Shown here one piece after another: positions 1 to 9,708 of a stretch of 64,000 nt of DNA. The stretch comes from an uncultured Rikenellaceae bacterium. Lineage in GTDB: Bacteria > Bacteroidota > Bacteroidia > Bacteroidales > VadinHA17. Below the pieces are notes generated by a model. The model saw only the letters and a program-made list of their open reading frames with translations, was not told where the DNA came from and did not search any database. Position 1 is the stretch's first letter. The number at the start of each line of letters is the position of its first letter. The position numbers and the translations under genes are program-made. The stretch covers positions 30,847 through 94,846 of the forward strand of contig CAZXAM010000005.1 of NCBI GenBank assembly GCA_964638545.1, in the 5' to 3' direction.

Positions 1-2677
1 AGTCGTTGATCGAATATCCGATAACAGTAAGTATAGCTGCAATGAATGACTGGTCTATCTCCATCGAGAATGGTAATATCCCCCAGAACAATGAGTATAT
101 GCCAAGCACAATAAGTGTATCGTGAATAAGCGCAACTGTTGCTCCGAGTCCGTACTGCCAGTTCCTGAACCGCATGAATATATAGAGGAACATTATGATA
201 AGTGATATAGCCACAGCCCATATTGCCTTGGTTTTAATATCGCTTGCAATAACGGGGCCTATTGTTTCTGAACTCTGAACATAGTTCGTAAGGAACTGAT
301 CCTGTGTTACATTTCCTGTAAGCATGCTCTTAAGACCATTATAGAGTGTTGTCTCCACCTCGTCATCAACTCCCTGTTCATTGATTTTGTACTTTGTGGT
401 TATTTTCACCTGGTCGTCACTTCCGAAAATTACCACTTGCGGCACTTCTCCAAACTGAACCTCAAGCATCTTGGCAACATCTGCGGTTTTAACCGGTTCG
501 TCGAATTTGACAACGAATGTCCGGCCACCAGTAAAATCGATACCCGGATTAAGCCCTCTGATAAACAGCGAGGCAATGCCGATCACAGACAGGGTAATTG
601 AGATGGCATAGAAGATCTTCCTCTTACCCATGAAATCGACATGAGTGTTTCTGAGTATATTTTCGGTAGCTTTGATCGAAAAGGTAAGATTCACATTCTT
701 CTTCAGGAGACTTTCATATATAAGCCTGGTAATAAATATTGCCGAGAAGAGTGATGTGAAGATACCTATAACGAGAGTTGTTGCAAAACCTTTGATCGGA
801 CCTGTCCCTACAATTACCAGAACAATACCTGTGAGCAACGTAGTGATGTTCGAGTCGAGAATAGCCGACATGGCTCCCTTGTAGCCATCAGAAACTGCAA
901 GCTTGATCCCCTTGCCGTTACGGAGTTCCTCTCGTATTCGTTCATAGATGAGCACGTTTGCATCCACCGACATACCCATGGTTAGAATTATACCTGCTAT
1001 ACCGGGGAGTGTCAGTACAGCACCTATGGAAGTGGTAACGCCAAGAAGCAGGATTATGTTGGCAACAAGAGCCACATCGGCAATAGATCCGGCGCTCTTG
1101 CTGTAGTAAAAGATCATATAGAGCAGGACAATGAAGAATGATATTATGAAGGAAATCATTCCAGAATTAATGGCCTCCCTTCCCAGTGTAGGACCAACAA
1201 TAGTCTCGGATTGTATCTTTGCCGGAGCCGGAAGTTTTCCTGATTTGAGAATGTTGGCAAGGTCGTTTGCCTCTTCAATTGTGAAATCACCTGTTATCTC
1301 TGTGTTCCCTCCTGCGATTTCGTTTACAACTCTGGGGTATGACCTGACGTATCCGTCGAGTACTACTGCAATACACCTGTTGATGTTATTGCGGGTCATG
1401 TTCTGCCAGGTCTTTGCTCCCTTTGCATCCATGGAGAAATCGACTTTGACCTCACCTGTAAGAGTATTTGAGGGCCTCGCACCTGTTATAACATCTCCTC
1501 CAAGCGGAGCGCGGCCGTCATTCGTGGTGACCTTTATTGCATGAAGCTCATACAGTGTGCCGGTCTCATCAAACTGGTACGGATTCTGACTCCAGTAGAA
1601 TCTAAGATTTCGCGGAAAAAGAGCTCGTATCTGATTTAATTTCAAATATTTGTTTACCCTGGCAGTATCAATTCCGAGGCTGAGTCCGACGATACTTGAA
1701 GGAAGAGGCTGTCCGGCCTCATCCACCCTGGGATTCAGTATACCGAAAAGCGGATTCTGAGTATTGAATTCTTCGCGTGTGGCTGCTGTTGCGGGTTTCG
1801 TTGTATCCTTACCTAAAAGATCAAGCAGGGCCTGGTCTTCCTTTGTTGTTGTGCCAGCTGTCACCACAGTGTCTCCCGGGGTAACAGCAGCTTTAACTTC
1901 ATTTGCCTGAATTGCTTTCAGGATATCGTTTGCCTGTACAAAGTATCCGATAATTTCGCCGTTTTCATAAGTCTCCCAGAATTCCAGGTTTGCTGTCCCC
2001 TGGAGAAGCTCCCTTACGCGCTTCTGGTCCTTCTGGCCCGGAAGTTCAATCAGGATCCTTCCTTTTGTGGCAAGCTGTGTAATATTCGGCTGCACAACAC
2101 CAAACCGGTCTATCCTTGTCCGAAGTATGTTGAAAGCATTGTCGATGGCAGCAGTGACTTCCCTGTCGAGAATTTTAAGAACTTCCTCGTTGGTTGAGGT
2201 GAAGTTAATATCATTCTTAAGCTCATAGGCAAATATTGCAGCCATTTTTTCATTGGGATTGATCTCCTGAAAAGCTCTGCCGAAGAGTGTGAGAAAATCA
2301 GCCTGGCTTTGTGTCTGGAGAACTTTGGCCCGTGCGATGGCATCATTGAAGGTTTTGTTCGTGGAATGGTTAGAGAGTGCCCTGAGGATGTCTTCGACCG
2401 ATACTTCAAGTATTACGTTCATGCCTCCCTTGAGGTCGAGCCCAAGGTTGATCTCCTTCTTTTCTGCTTCCTTGAATGATTTTCCCAGAAAGCTCCACTT
2501 ATCTTTTGGCAATGAAGCGATTGAATCGAGGTATTGATTTTCCTTTACAAGGCTTCCTTTTGCAAATTCCTTGGCATCTTTTTTTACCAGGTAGGTTGCT
2601 CCCGTGAATGAAAGTTGATAAATCGTAACCAGGGCCAGTGCTATAGCCAGAATGATTATCGCTGCTTTGTTCTGCAT
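1..2677 (-). CDS. secDF: protein translocase subunit SecDF (fused SecD-SecF); C-terminal end runs off the window start
   Basis: It is missing from the ORF track because the window edge cuts it. My own minus-strand translation from the ATG at 2677 stays open to base 1. It reads MQNKAAIIILAIALALVTIYQLSF...LGLDLKGGMNVILEV...RIDRFGVVQPNI...ELPG..., followed by multiple TM segments. These are SecD head-domain and SecD/SecF TM signatures, and the fusion is typical of Bacteroidota. Confidence 0.9.
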   Translation of the reverse strand, partial: MQNKAAIIILAIALALVTIYQLSFTGATYLVKKDAKEFAKGSLVKENQYLDSIASLPKDKWSFLGKSFKEAEKKEINLGLDLKGGMNVILEVSVEDILRALSNHSTNKTFNDAIARAKVLQTQSQADFLTLFGRAFQEINPNEKMAAIFAYELKNDINFTSTNEEVLKILDREVTAAIDNAFNILRTRIDRFGVVQPNITQLATKGRILIELPGQKDQKRVRELLQGTANLEFWETYENGEIIGYFVQANDILKAIQANEVKAAVTPGDTVVTAGTTTKEDQALLDLLGKDTTKPATAATREEFNTQNPLFGILNPRVDEAGQPLPSSIVGLSLGIDTARVNKYLKLNQIRALFPRNLRFYWSQNPYQFDETGTLYELHAIKVTTNDGRAPLGGDVITGARPSNTLTGEVKVDFSMDAKGAKTWQNMTRNNINRCIAVVLDGYVRSYPRVVNEIAGGNTEITGDFTIEEANDLANILKSGKLPAPAKIQSETIVGPTLGREAINSGMISFIISFFIVLLYMIFYYSKSAGSIADVALVANIILLLGVTTSIGAVLTLPGIAGIILTMGMSVDANVLIYERIREELRNGKGIKLAVSDGYKGAMSAILDSNITTLLTGIVLVIVGTGPIKGFATTLVIGIFTSLFSAIFITRLIYESLLKKNVNLTFSIKATENILRNTHVDFMGKRKIFYAISITLSVIGIASLFIRGLNPGIDFTGGRTFVVKFDEPVKTADVAKMLEVQFGEVPQVVIFGSDDQVKITTKYKINEQGVDDEVETTLYNGLKSMLTGNVTQDQFLTNYVQSSETIGPVIASDIKTKAIWAVAISLIIMFLYIFMRFRNWQYGLGATVALIHDTLIVLGIYSLFWGILPFSMEIDQSFIAAILTVIGYSIND

Positions 2678-2732
2678 CTGCTTATTTTTTGAATTATCCC
2701 GTAATTAATTATGATACTCGTGAATTGAGGCG

Positions 2733-2740
2733 CAAATATA
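2733..2740 (-). promoter_or_regulatory. candidate Bacteroidota sigma-A -7 box (TATATTTG) upstream of secDF
   Basis: The minus strand reads TATATTTG, matching the TAnnTTTG consensus, about 56 nt upstream of the secDF ATG. Confidence 0.35.
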
Positions 2741-2752
2741 TTAAATTTTTAC

Positions 2753-2783
2753 AAAAAAAAGGCTGAATAGTTATATCCAGCCC
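2753..2783 (-). terminator. weak candidate intrinsic terminator after the TolC-like gene
   Basis: The minus-strand RNA would form GGCUG-(12 nt loop)-CAGCC followed by U8. The stem is only 5 bp, so this is weak. Confidence 0.3.
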
Positions 2784-2805
2784 TGGTTAATTAATGTGAT
2801 ACCGT

Positions 2806-4299
2806 TCAATCCAGCAGTAATTCGTAGTCTGTTTCAAGCGGTTTCTTATTCAGGAAGTCATAAAGTCCCAATGCCCGAAGGTTATAGAAATAGTTCCAGA
2901 AATTCTGCAAAGCCTGTACATATGCCCTCCTGTTCTGGTCTTTTTTCGTATCTGCATTGTTAAGATCCAGTACAGCTATCTTTCCGATAAGGAACCTTGC
3001 TTTGGTGACTTCGTACATTCTCTGTGCTACCGTATCTGATTTAGCTGCAATTGCCACTTGTTGTGCCTGCAGATTGAACTGTTCGACGTCGAGTGTCAGG
3101 TTCTGGTCAAAATCAAGCATGGCCTGCTGCTCCTGAACCTGAGTAAGTTCGAGGCTTGATTTTGCCATTTTATATCTTCCTCTTCCAAGACCCCAGTCAA
3201 GTATCGGCAATGTGAATCCGACTCTGACTCCCTGGTTCCTGTTAAGGGCCGTGTAGGCGGTATTGAAGTCAGCATCCTTTCCCTGTGTGCCAAAGCTTGC
3301 AGTAAGGTTTGCGTTAAGGCCCTTTTCAGCTTTTGCCTGAGCAACACTGCTCTGGGCTTGCAGTATGGCCAGCTGGGAGTCCAGAATATCAGGGTTATTG
3401 GCATGGGCCAGATCAAGTACTTCCTGCACAGAAAGCTGAAGATCAGGAATTTGTGTTGGAAGAATCAGCTCTAACTTGACGTTATCAGTATAGCCGAGGA
3501 ATGACCTCAAACGTATTTCCCTGTCTCTAAGGTTCATTTCTGCCTCTTTCCTTGATGTTTCCGAGTTAAGCCAGGAAAGCTGCATCTGCAGGAGTTCGTC
3601 CTCGGCGATGGTTCCAAGCTGGAAGCGTCCCTGAGCCGTCCTCCATAATGTGTCGGCATTCAGGTAGTTCATTTCCGCAATCTTTACGTTGATCTGTGCA
3701 AGGGCCAGAGAGAAGAACTGCTGGACAGCCGACTGATGAACTGCCTCGATATTTGACAAAAAGGTTTTTTTCGCCACTTCATATTTCAGAGGTTCTGTTT
3801 TCTTCTGCCATCTGAGCGAATTGTACCTGAAGATTGGTTGAGACAGCCTTATGCTTACAGGTGTTGTGACATATTTGCGTTTATTGGCTTGTAAGTCGTT
3901 CTGAAGAGTAAGATCAGACTGAAGGGATATTGAACCTCCTGTCAATCCAATATTCTGGGAGAGAGAGAGAGAGCCAAGGTTCTGGAGCATATTGGTAGGG
4001 ACATACTCCCACTGTCCTGCTACGTAAACTCTATTATATGCTGTACTGTAGTCAGGAGTTGTTCCGGTTAAGGTAAGAGATGGCCTGTACTGGGCAACGA
4101 ATGTCCTGTACGACCAGTAACTGGATTTAAACCTGTGTTTTGCCATCAGGGCCTGGGGCGATTGTGTTTCAGCTAACCTGATAACCTCATCAAATGTCAG
4201 TTTTTTCACTTCCTGCGCATCTGCTTTCTGAAATGATGCCAGAAAGAGCGCTATTATCGAAAATGCAAATAGTTTTTTCATTGTTAATAGTTTATTCAT
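2806..4299 (-). CDS. TolC-family outer-membrane efflux protein
   Basis: A 497-aa ORF with a signal peptide (MKKLFAFSIIALFLASFQKADAQ). It has the two-repeat coiled-coil/beta-barrel OMF pattern and lies downstream of a permease and an adaptor. An alternative start at 4281 would remove the 8-nt overlap. Confidence 0.85.
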   Translation of the reverse strand: MNKLLTMKKLFAFSIIALFLASFQKADAQEVKKLTFDEVIRLAETQSPQALMAKHRFKSSYWSYRTFVAQYRPSLTLTGTTPDYSTAYNRVYVAGQWEYVPTNMLQNLGSLSLSQNIGLTGGSISLQSDLTLQNDLQANKRKYVTTPVSIRLSQPIFRYNSLRWQKKTEPLKYEVAKKTFLSNIEAVHQSAVQQFFSLALAQINVKIAEMNYLNADTLWRTAQGRFQLGTIAEDELLQMQLSWLNSETSRKEAEMNLRDREIRLRSFLGYTDNVKLELILPTQIPDLQLSVQEVLDLAHANNPDILDSQLAILQAQSSVAQAKAEKGLNANLTASFGTQGKDADFNTAYTALNRNQGVRVGFTLPILDWGLGRGRYKMAKSSLELTQVQEQQAMLDFDQNLTLDVEQFNLQAQQVAIAAKSDTVAQRMYEVTKARFLIGKIAVLDLNNADTKKDQNRRAYVQALQNFWNYFYNLRALGLYDFLNKKPLETDYELLLD

Positions 4300-5683
4300 A
4301 CCGTAATGATTCTATCGGATCTCTCTCAGAGGCTCTTTTTGCCGGCGAGTAACCGAAAATTATTCCTACTGCTGCTGAAACGCCGAAGGCAATGAAGACT
4401 GAGATAAAGGATACTATTGTCATAATGCCGGCTATCTGCTCAATGAGCTTGGCCATGATAACTCCAAAGAAAATGCCTATGAAACCGCCGGATACGCTTA
4501 TGAGAACAGCTTCTGAAAGGAACTGCACCACTATATCCATCTTCTTGGCTCCTATTGCCATCCTTGTCCCTATTTCTTTTATCCTCTCCATAACCGAGGC
4601 GAACATTATGTTCATAATCCCGATCCCGCCTACGATGAGTGATATGCTGGCTATCGCTCCAAGCACTATATTAAAGATATCCTTGGTTCTCTGCTGCTGT
4701 TTCAAAAGAAGTTCCGGAACAGTGATTTCGAAATCCTTTACCCCTGAATGCCGGCGTGAAAGCATGCGGCTGAGGGTCTCGGTCGATGGATTAAGTTGTT
4801 CTGTTTCGCTAACCTGAACCACGATCCTGTCGAGCTGGTTATAGTTGGTTTCAACGTCTGTATTTGCATCGGAACTGCTCATCACGATGCGGGCCATACT
4901 TCCTCCTCCGAAGCCGCCACCACCCATTATCATCATGTTGCTTGAGGCTTCAGAAACCAGCTTGGTGTTGACCAGTGCCCTGTTCTGGTACCTGAGAAGC
5001 ATAGTCTGAATCGGAATATAGATATTATCGTTATACACATTCACTCCCTTTTCCTCGAACCCTGTAAGGCTTACTGTTGTTTTCTGAAGCACCCCTATTA
5101 CTTTAAGCCAGATGCCATTGAACTTGATATACTGACCTAACGGATCAACCTTGCTGAAGAACTTGGACCGTATGTTCGCTCCGATAATACATACCTGTAT
5201 CCCGTTCTCCTCCTGATATGCATTGAAAAAAGCGCCTGATACAAGGGGAAGATTATATAGATAAAAGTAGTCGTTCGATACGCCAACAAGCTTGGCACTG
5301 TATTTTACACCGTTCATCATTGCTGTTGAATTGAATGATATCTCGGGACTAATCCTTTTAACTGAAGGAAGAGTTTCCTTAATAGCTTCAACATCGAGCA
5401 TACTGAGGCCTCTTGAGAATTTTTTTGATTGCTTTTCGCCCTCTTCTGATGAAGAAGTATTATCCTGAACAATAGGATTTATAAGGATATTGTTAACCCC
5501 TACCATTTTCATCTGCTCCATTATCTCCTGTTTGGCCCCCTTGCCTATTGCAAGCATTGCAATAACGGCAGCCACACCGAAGATTATCCCTAGAGCCGTG
5601 AGCATTGATTTCAGCTTGTTGGAAACTATCGATTCAACAGCGATCTCAATATCGTGGAAATACCTGAAGATAAACTTGAACAT
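4292..5683 (-). CDS. MacB/FtsX-type ABC transporter permease (no fused ATPase)
   Basis: A 463-aa ORF with an N-terminal TM, a large periplasmic domain, and the C-terminal FtsX 3-TM block (IASISLIVGGIGIMNIM...ERIKEIGTRMAIGAKKMDI). Confidence 0.85.
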   Translation of the reverse strand: MFKFIFRYFHDIEIAVESIVSNKLKSMLTALGIIFGVAAVIAMLAIGKGAKQEIMEQMKMVGVNNILINPIVQDNTSSSEEGEKQSKKFSRGLSMLDVEAIKETLPSVKRISPEISFNSTAMMNGVKYSAKLVGVSNDYFYLYNLPLVSGAFFNAYQEENGIQVCIIGANIRSKFFSKVDPLGQYIKFNGIWLKVIGVLQKTTVSLTGFEEKGVNVYNDNIYIPIQTMLLRYQNRALVNTKLVSEASSNMMIMGGGGFGGGSMARIVMSSSDANTDVETNYNQLDRIVVQVSETEQLNPSTETLSRMLSRRHSGVKDFEITVPELLLKQQQRTKDIFNIVLGAIASISLIVGGIGIMNIMFASVMERIKEIGTRMAIGAKKMDIVVQFLSEAVLISVSGGFIGIFFGVIMAKLIEQIAGIMTIVSFISVFIAFGVSAAVGIIFGYSPAKRASERDPIESLRYE

Positions 5684-5701
5684 ACTTTCCCTGTTTTATT
5701 G

Positions 5702-7318
5702 TTACCTGTTGTCTGTTGCCCCCTGAGCGGGACGTGTTGATTGAGACCCCTGCGGTCTGGCTCCCTGCTGTCCGCCCGGATACTGCCCTGGCTGTCCGCC
5801 CGGATTGAACTGTCCCTGCTGGCCGCCGCTTCTCTGGCGCATTTCCCTGAACCTGCGCATGGATGCAGTATCCATCTGTCCGCCGCCCTGCGGCATCTGG
5901 TTCCTCATACCTTCGAACTGCTGCCTCATCTCAGGTGTAATTTCGCCGCCAAATCCGCCGCCAAATCCGCCGCCCATGCCGCCGAAACTTCTGCGTTGGG
6001 TCTGCTCGCTTTTCAGCTTTTCAGCTTCCTTCCTGGCTTTCTCTTTTTCCTTGATAATGGTTATCAGGTCCTGTCCCAGCAGCTTGCTGAATTTTTCGGG
6101 ATCTTCAGGCGTATTAAGATATAAGGCTGTGCCAACTTCAATTCCCTGTTCAACAATTACGTTGTTTTCGTTCGATTCTCCAAGCACAACGATCTGCCTG
6201 TCGCCGTTCTTCAAATAAACAAACGGAATACTGTCTGAGCCTGTCTGCACACTCTCGAGTGGAATGTATGTGACTTCAGGAATGCTTTTAGTAATGATCT
6301 TGTTGCCTGTGGTCATTGAAGGTTTGAGATCCTGATCCGTCATGCTGAGCTTAATCTGAACTTCGAACACTTTTGCATCTGCATTTGGAAGCTGTTCTCC
6401 AATATTGGCGACACTAATAACAGTTCCTGTGTATTTTTTTTCAGGAAATGCATCAACCAGGATGTCAACCTGCTGTCCGATGCTTACCTTACTTACGTCT
6501 ATCTCGTTCACATAGGTTTTGGATATCATCGACGACATGTCGGGAAGAGTTGCCACGACATTGTCCCATGCGCTGACCGACGATCCGACCTTTCTTTTAG
6601 CGCCTGTCCTGTCTCTCTTATAGATTACCATTCCATCAGAAGGAGCAGTGATCACAAATTTTGACAGGATGTTCTGAAGGTCAGCAACCCTTTGACGCTG
6701 ATCTGACAGGTTGTTCTTAAGGGTGCGTATGTCGGAACGAGCCTGCTCTACCTTGAGTGAATAACCCCTGAGTGCCTGTTCCAATGAACGGATCGCCTTG
6801 TCGTGGGCTATAACAGCCTGACGCTGTGTTGTCGGCGGTTCAAATTTCGACTGTTCCATTGTGATTTTTGCCTCTTCAACGGAGAATACCAGATTCTTGA
6901 TCTGATCTCTCTGGTTGCTCAGGTTTACTGCTGTGTCAAGAATCCTGACTTCAAGATTGGTTTCCTGAGTGGCAAGACGTTCCAGTTCATCCTTTAGAGT
7001 GTTGTCGAAGGATGTCCTGTCGAGTGCAGCCACATAGTCGCCGGCTTTAACTATGGTACCTTCAGGAACGAGGTCGGTGATCTTTATATCCGCTGCCCTG
7101 ATATTGCGGCTCTGGGTTATTTCCGGTCCGAAAATGTCAGTCGAATTCTCTGCCTGGAGCTCACCGGTTGTGGTGACGACTATGTCAAACTGTCCTTTCT
7201 GGGCTTCAACATAAAGATTTGCCAGATCTTTCTTTGAAGATGCCCTGCTGTAAACAATCAGGGCTATTATAGCCACTACTGCTACAATCGATACAATGAT
7301 AATAACTGATTTCTTCAT
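5702..7318 (-). CDS. HlyD/MacA-family periplasmic adaptor with a ~100-aa Gly/Gln/Pro-rich C-terminal tail
   Basis: A 538-aa ORF with an N-terminal TM anchor, a lipoyl/coiled-coil/beta-barrel adaptor pattern, and operon position with the permease and TolC. The tail reads GGMGGGFGGGFGG...GGQQGQFNPGGQPGQYPGGQQG. Confidence 0.8.
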   Translation of the reverse strand: MKKSVIIIVSIVAVVAIIALIVYSRASSKKDLANLYVEAQKGQFDIVVTTTGELQAENSTDIFGPEITQSRNIRAADIKITDLVPEGTIVKAGDYVAALDRTSFDNTLKDELERLATQETNLEVRILDTAVNLSNQRDQIKNLVFSVEEAKITMEQSKFEPPTTQRQAVIAHDKAIRSLEQALRGYSLKVEQARSDIRTLKNNLSDQRQRVADLQNILSKFVITAPSDGMVIYKRDRTGAKRKVGSSVSAWDNVVATLPDMSSMISKTYVNEIDVSKVSIGQQVDILVDAFPEKKYTGTVISVANIGEQLPNADAKVFEVQIKLSMTDQDLKPSMTTGNKIITKSIPEVTYIPLESVQTGSDSIPFVYLKNGDRQIVVLGESNENNVIVEQGIEVGTALYLNTPEDPEKFSKLLGQDLITIIKEKEKARKEAEKLKSEQTQRRSFGGMGGGFGGGFGGEITPEMRQQFEGMRNQMPQGGGQMDTASMRRFREMRQRSGGQQGQFNPGGQPGQYPGGQQGARPQGSQSTRPAQGATDNR

Positions 7319-7355
7319 AAGATATGCTTACTTGTTTTACCTAAAAAAACTGTCA

Positions 7356-7363
7356 CAAAAGTA
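7356..7363 (-). promoter_or_regulatory. candidate -7 box (TACTTTTG) for the efflux operon
   Basis: The minus strand reads TACTTTTG (TAnnTTTG), 38 nt upstream of the adaptor ATG at 7318. Confidence 0.4.
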
Positions 7364-7466
7364 TTTAAAAGGGATTTCTTAATTTAAATCATTAACAATA
7401 TTTAACAAGAATACCGTGCTGATGCATTTAAGACATCTCTGTATCAGGTTTTATTCCGCGTGATTT

Positions 7467-8852
7467 TTACTTTTTGTGTTTTTTAACAATATCAAAAATT
7501 CTATCTGCAAGATTTTCTGCTTCTTGCAATGTTCTTCCTTCCGAATAAATTCTTATGATAGGCTCGGTGTTCGATTTGCGGATCTGGACCCAGGATCCGG
7601 GAAGAGTTATTTTCAAACCGTCTCTTTCATCAATTTTATATCTGCTGAATTCTTTCTTTGCAGCAGAAAGTATTTTGCTGAAGTCTGTCCCTGAATTAAT
7701 CTCTGCCCTTGTCTTTGCAATAACATAATCAGGGTATTGTCTCCGGAGTTCGGAACATTTCATTTTGCTTTTAGCCAATTGCGACAGGAACAGCGCTATC
7801 CCTGCCAGTGCATCGCGCCCATAATGAAGCTTTGGATATATTACCCCGCCGTTGCCTTCACCCCCGATTACAGCCTTTCGCTTCTTCATCTCTTCCACAA
7901 CATTGACTTCGCCCACCGCTGATGCATAATACCTGCAGCCATGTTTTTTACTTATATCCATTAATGCCATTGTCGACGACATATTCGATACTGTGCTGCC
8001 CGGATCCGATTCAAGGATATAATCGGCGACAGAAACAAGTGTATATTCCTCGCCGAACATCGATCCGTCCTCACAGATTATTGCAAGCCTGTCGACATCA
8101 GGGTCCACGACAAACCCAACATCGGCCTTTTCCTTTTGAACGAGACTGGCAATATCCTTCAGATTGCCAGGCAATGGCTCCGGATTATGAGCAAAGTTAC
8201 CATCCGGGATCATATTCAATCCAACTATATTCTTGACACCCAGTGATTTCAGCAGAACAGGAAGGATCTCTCCCCCAACCGAATTTATGCAATCGAGGGC
8301 GACAGTGAATCCGGCCTTCCTGATGCTTTTTACATCAACAAGATCGAGCTCAAGTATCTTGTTAATGTGCTTTCTGTTCCATGTTCTGTCGTGTTTCAGG
8401 TGTCCCTGCTTTACTGACGCGGGAAATTCAAAATCTTCTGATTGGGCAATTCTGAGGACTTTTTCTCCATCCTTTGCTGAAAGGAACTCGCCTTTTTCAT
8501 TGAGAAGTTTCAGGGCATTCCATTCTGCGGGATTATGACTTGCAGTAATAATTATTCCGCCCGAAGAAGAAGTGCCTGTAACTGCCATTTCGACTGTTGG
8601 AGTGGCAGCCAATCCCAGGTCTGTCACATTTATGCCCAGGCTTCGTAAAGTCATTATCACAAGCTGGCTTACCATCGGGCCCGATTGCCTTGCATCACGC
8701 CCGATAACTACGGTTGGAACAGTTCGGTTGCGCCTTATCAGCCAGGTTCCGTATGCTGCACTGAATTTTACAATATCAAGCGGGCTCAGACTTTCTCCCG
8801 GCTTCCCCCCGATGGTGCCCCTGATCCCCGAAATAGATTTTATCAATGTCAT
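7467..8852 (-). CDS. glmM: phosphoglucosamine mutase
   Basis: A 461-aa ORF. The N-terminus MTLIKSISGIRGTIGG and the active-site TASHNPAEWNALK mark the alpha-D-phosphohexomutase family, in the form typical of Bacteroidota GlmM. Confidence 0.85.
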   Translation of the reverse strand: MTLIKSISGIRGTIGGKPGESLSPLDIVKFSAAYGTWLIRRNRTVPTVVIGRDARQSGPMVSQLVIMTLRSLGINVTDLGLAATPTVEMAVTGTSSSGGIIITASHNPAEWNALKLLNEKGEFLSAKDGEKVLRIAQSEDFEFPASVKQGHLKHDRTWNRKHINKILELDLVDVKSIRKAGFTVALDCINSVGGEILPVLLKSLGVKNIVGLNMIPDGNFAHNPEPLPGNLKDIASLVQKEKADVGFVVDPDVDRLAIICEDGSMFGEEYTLVSVADYILESDPGSTVSNMSSTMALMDISKKHGCRYYASAVGEVNVVEEMKKRKAVIGGEGNGGVIYPKLHYGRDALAGIALFLSQLAKSKMKCSELRRQYPDYVIAKTRAEINSGTDFSKILSAAKKEFSRYKIDERDGLKITLPGSWVQIRKSNTEPIIRIYSEGRTLQEAENLADRIFDIVKKHKK

Positions 8853-8918
8853 ATGCTTTTGTTTTAAGAATCACAAAGGTGTAAAAAAATCAGCAAATCA
8901 TAAATCGTCAAATAATAG

Positions 8919-8926
8919 TACCTTTG
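8919..8926 (+). promoter_or_regulatory. candidate -7 box (TACCTTTG) upstream of the pseudouridine synthase gene
   Basis: It matches TAnnTTTG, 21 nt upstream of the ATG at 8947. Confidence 0.4.
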
Positions 8927-8946
8927 AGGCTTGTTCAAAGGGATAA

Positions 8947-9702
8947 ATGGAAAACCGTAAATCAGCAGGAAGATCGCTTAAGGAACCTGAAAAGATAAGG
9001 CTTAACCGCTTCATTGCAAACAGTGGAGTATGTTCACGCAGGGAAGCTGATGAACTTATTGGAATGGGTCATATTTCGGTAAATGGGAAGAGGGTCACAG
9101 ACCTTGGAACAAAGGTGGGCTATTCAGATGATGTCAGATATAAGGGGAAAAGACTCTCTGCAGAGAAAAAAATCTACATCCTTCTGAACAAGCCAAAGGG
9201 ATATGTGACTACTGTTGAGGATCCGCATGCTGAACACACTGTGCTTGAGCTGATTGGAGACGCCTGCCCGGAAAGGGTTTATCCTGTCGGCCGACTCGAT
9301 AAGGACACAACAGGAGTGCTGCTCCTCACAAACGACGGGGATCTCACCGGCAAACTTACCCACCCTCGCTTCAACAGGAAAAAGATATATCATGTGTTCC
9401 TCGACAGGCCGGTGGCAAAAGATGATCTCTTCAGGCTGACTGCCGGTATCGAGCTTGAAGGAGTGAAAGTATCCGCCGATGCGGTATCATACGCTGATCC
9501 TGACGACCGGTCGCAGATCGGTATAGAGATCCATTCCGGACAGAACAGGGTCATCAGAAGACTCTTTGAATCAATGTATTACAGGGTTAAAAAGCTCGAC
9601 AGGGTCTACTTTGCAGGTCTTACCAAGAAGAATGTTCAGCGTGGGAAATGGCGCTTTCTGAACGAAAAGGAGATCAGTATGCTTAAACGAGGCGCTTATT
9701 GA
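8947..9702 (+). CDS. rluB: RsuA/RluB-family rRNA pseudouridine synthase (S4 domain + catalytic domain)
   Basis: A 251-aa ORF with the S4 motif RLNRFIANSGVCSRREADELI and the catalytic Asp motif GRLDKDTTGVLLLTNDG. Confidence 0.8.
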   Translation: MENRKSAGRSLKEPEKIRLNRFIANSGVCSRREADELIGMGHISVNGKRVTDLGTKVGYSDDVRYKGKRLSAEKKIYILLNKPKGYVTTVEDPHAEHTVLELIGDACPERVYPVGRLDKDTTGVLLLTNDGDLTGKLTHPRFNRKKIYHVFLDRPVAKDDLFRLTAGIELEGVKVSADAVSYADPDDRSQIGIEIHSGQNRVIRRLFESMYYRVKKLDRVYFAGLTKKNVQRGKWRFLNEKEISMLKRGAY

Positions 9703-9708
9703 TTGAGT

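Noticed and set aside
1-2677. A 2.7-kb region where the ORF track shows only short ORFs (645..884, 1131..1544, 2110..2409, 2289..2537), which could be mistaken for non-coding or pseudogenised DNA.
   Set aside because: Manual minus-strand translation shows one uninterrupted SecDF reading frame from 2677 to the window edge. The listed short ORFs are off-frame or antisense shadows.
5741-6218. Plus-strand ORFs of 127 and 137 aa (one containing PPNPPPNPPPMPP), antisense to the adaptor gene tail.
   Set aside because: They are mirror images of the Gly-rich (GGFGGG) coding repeat on the minus strand. They have no independent start or promoter signals.
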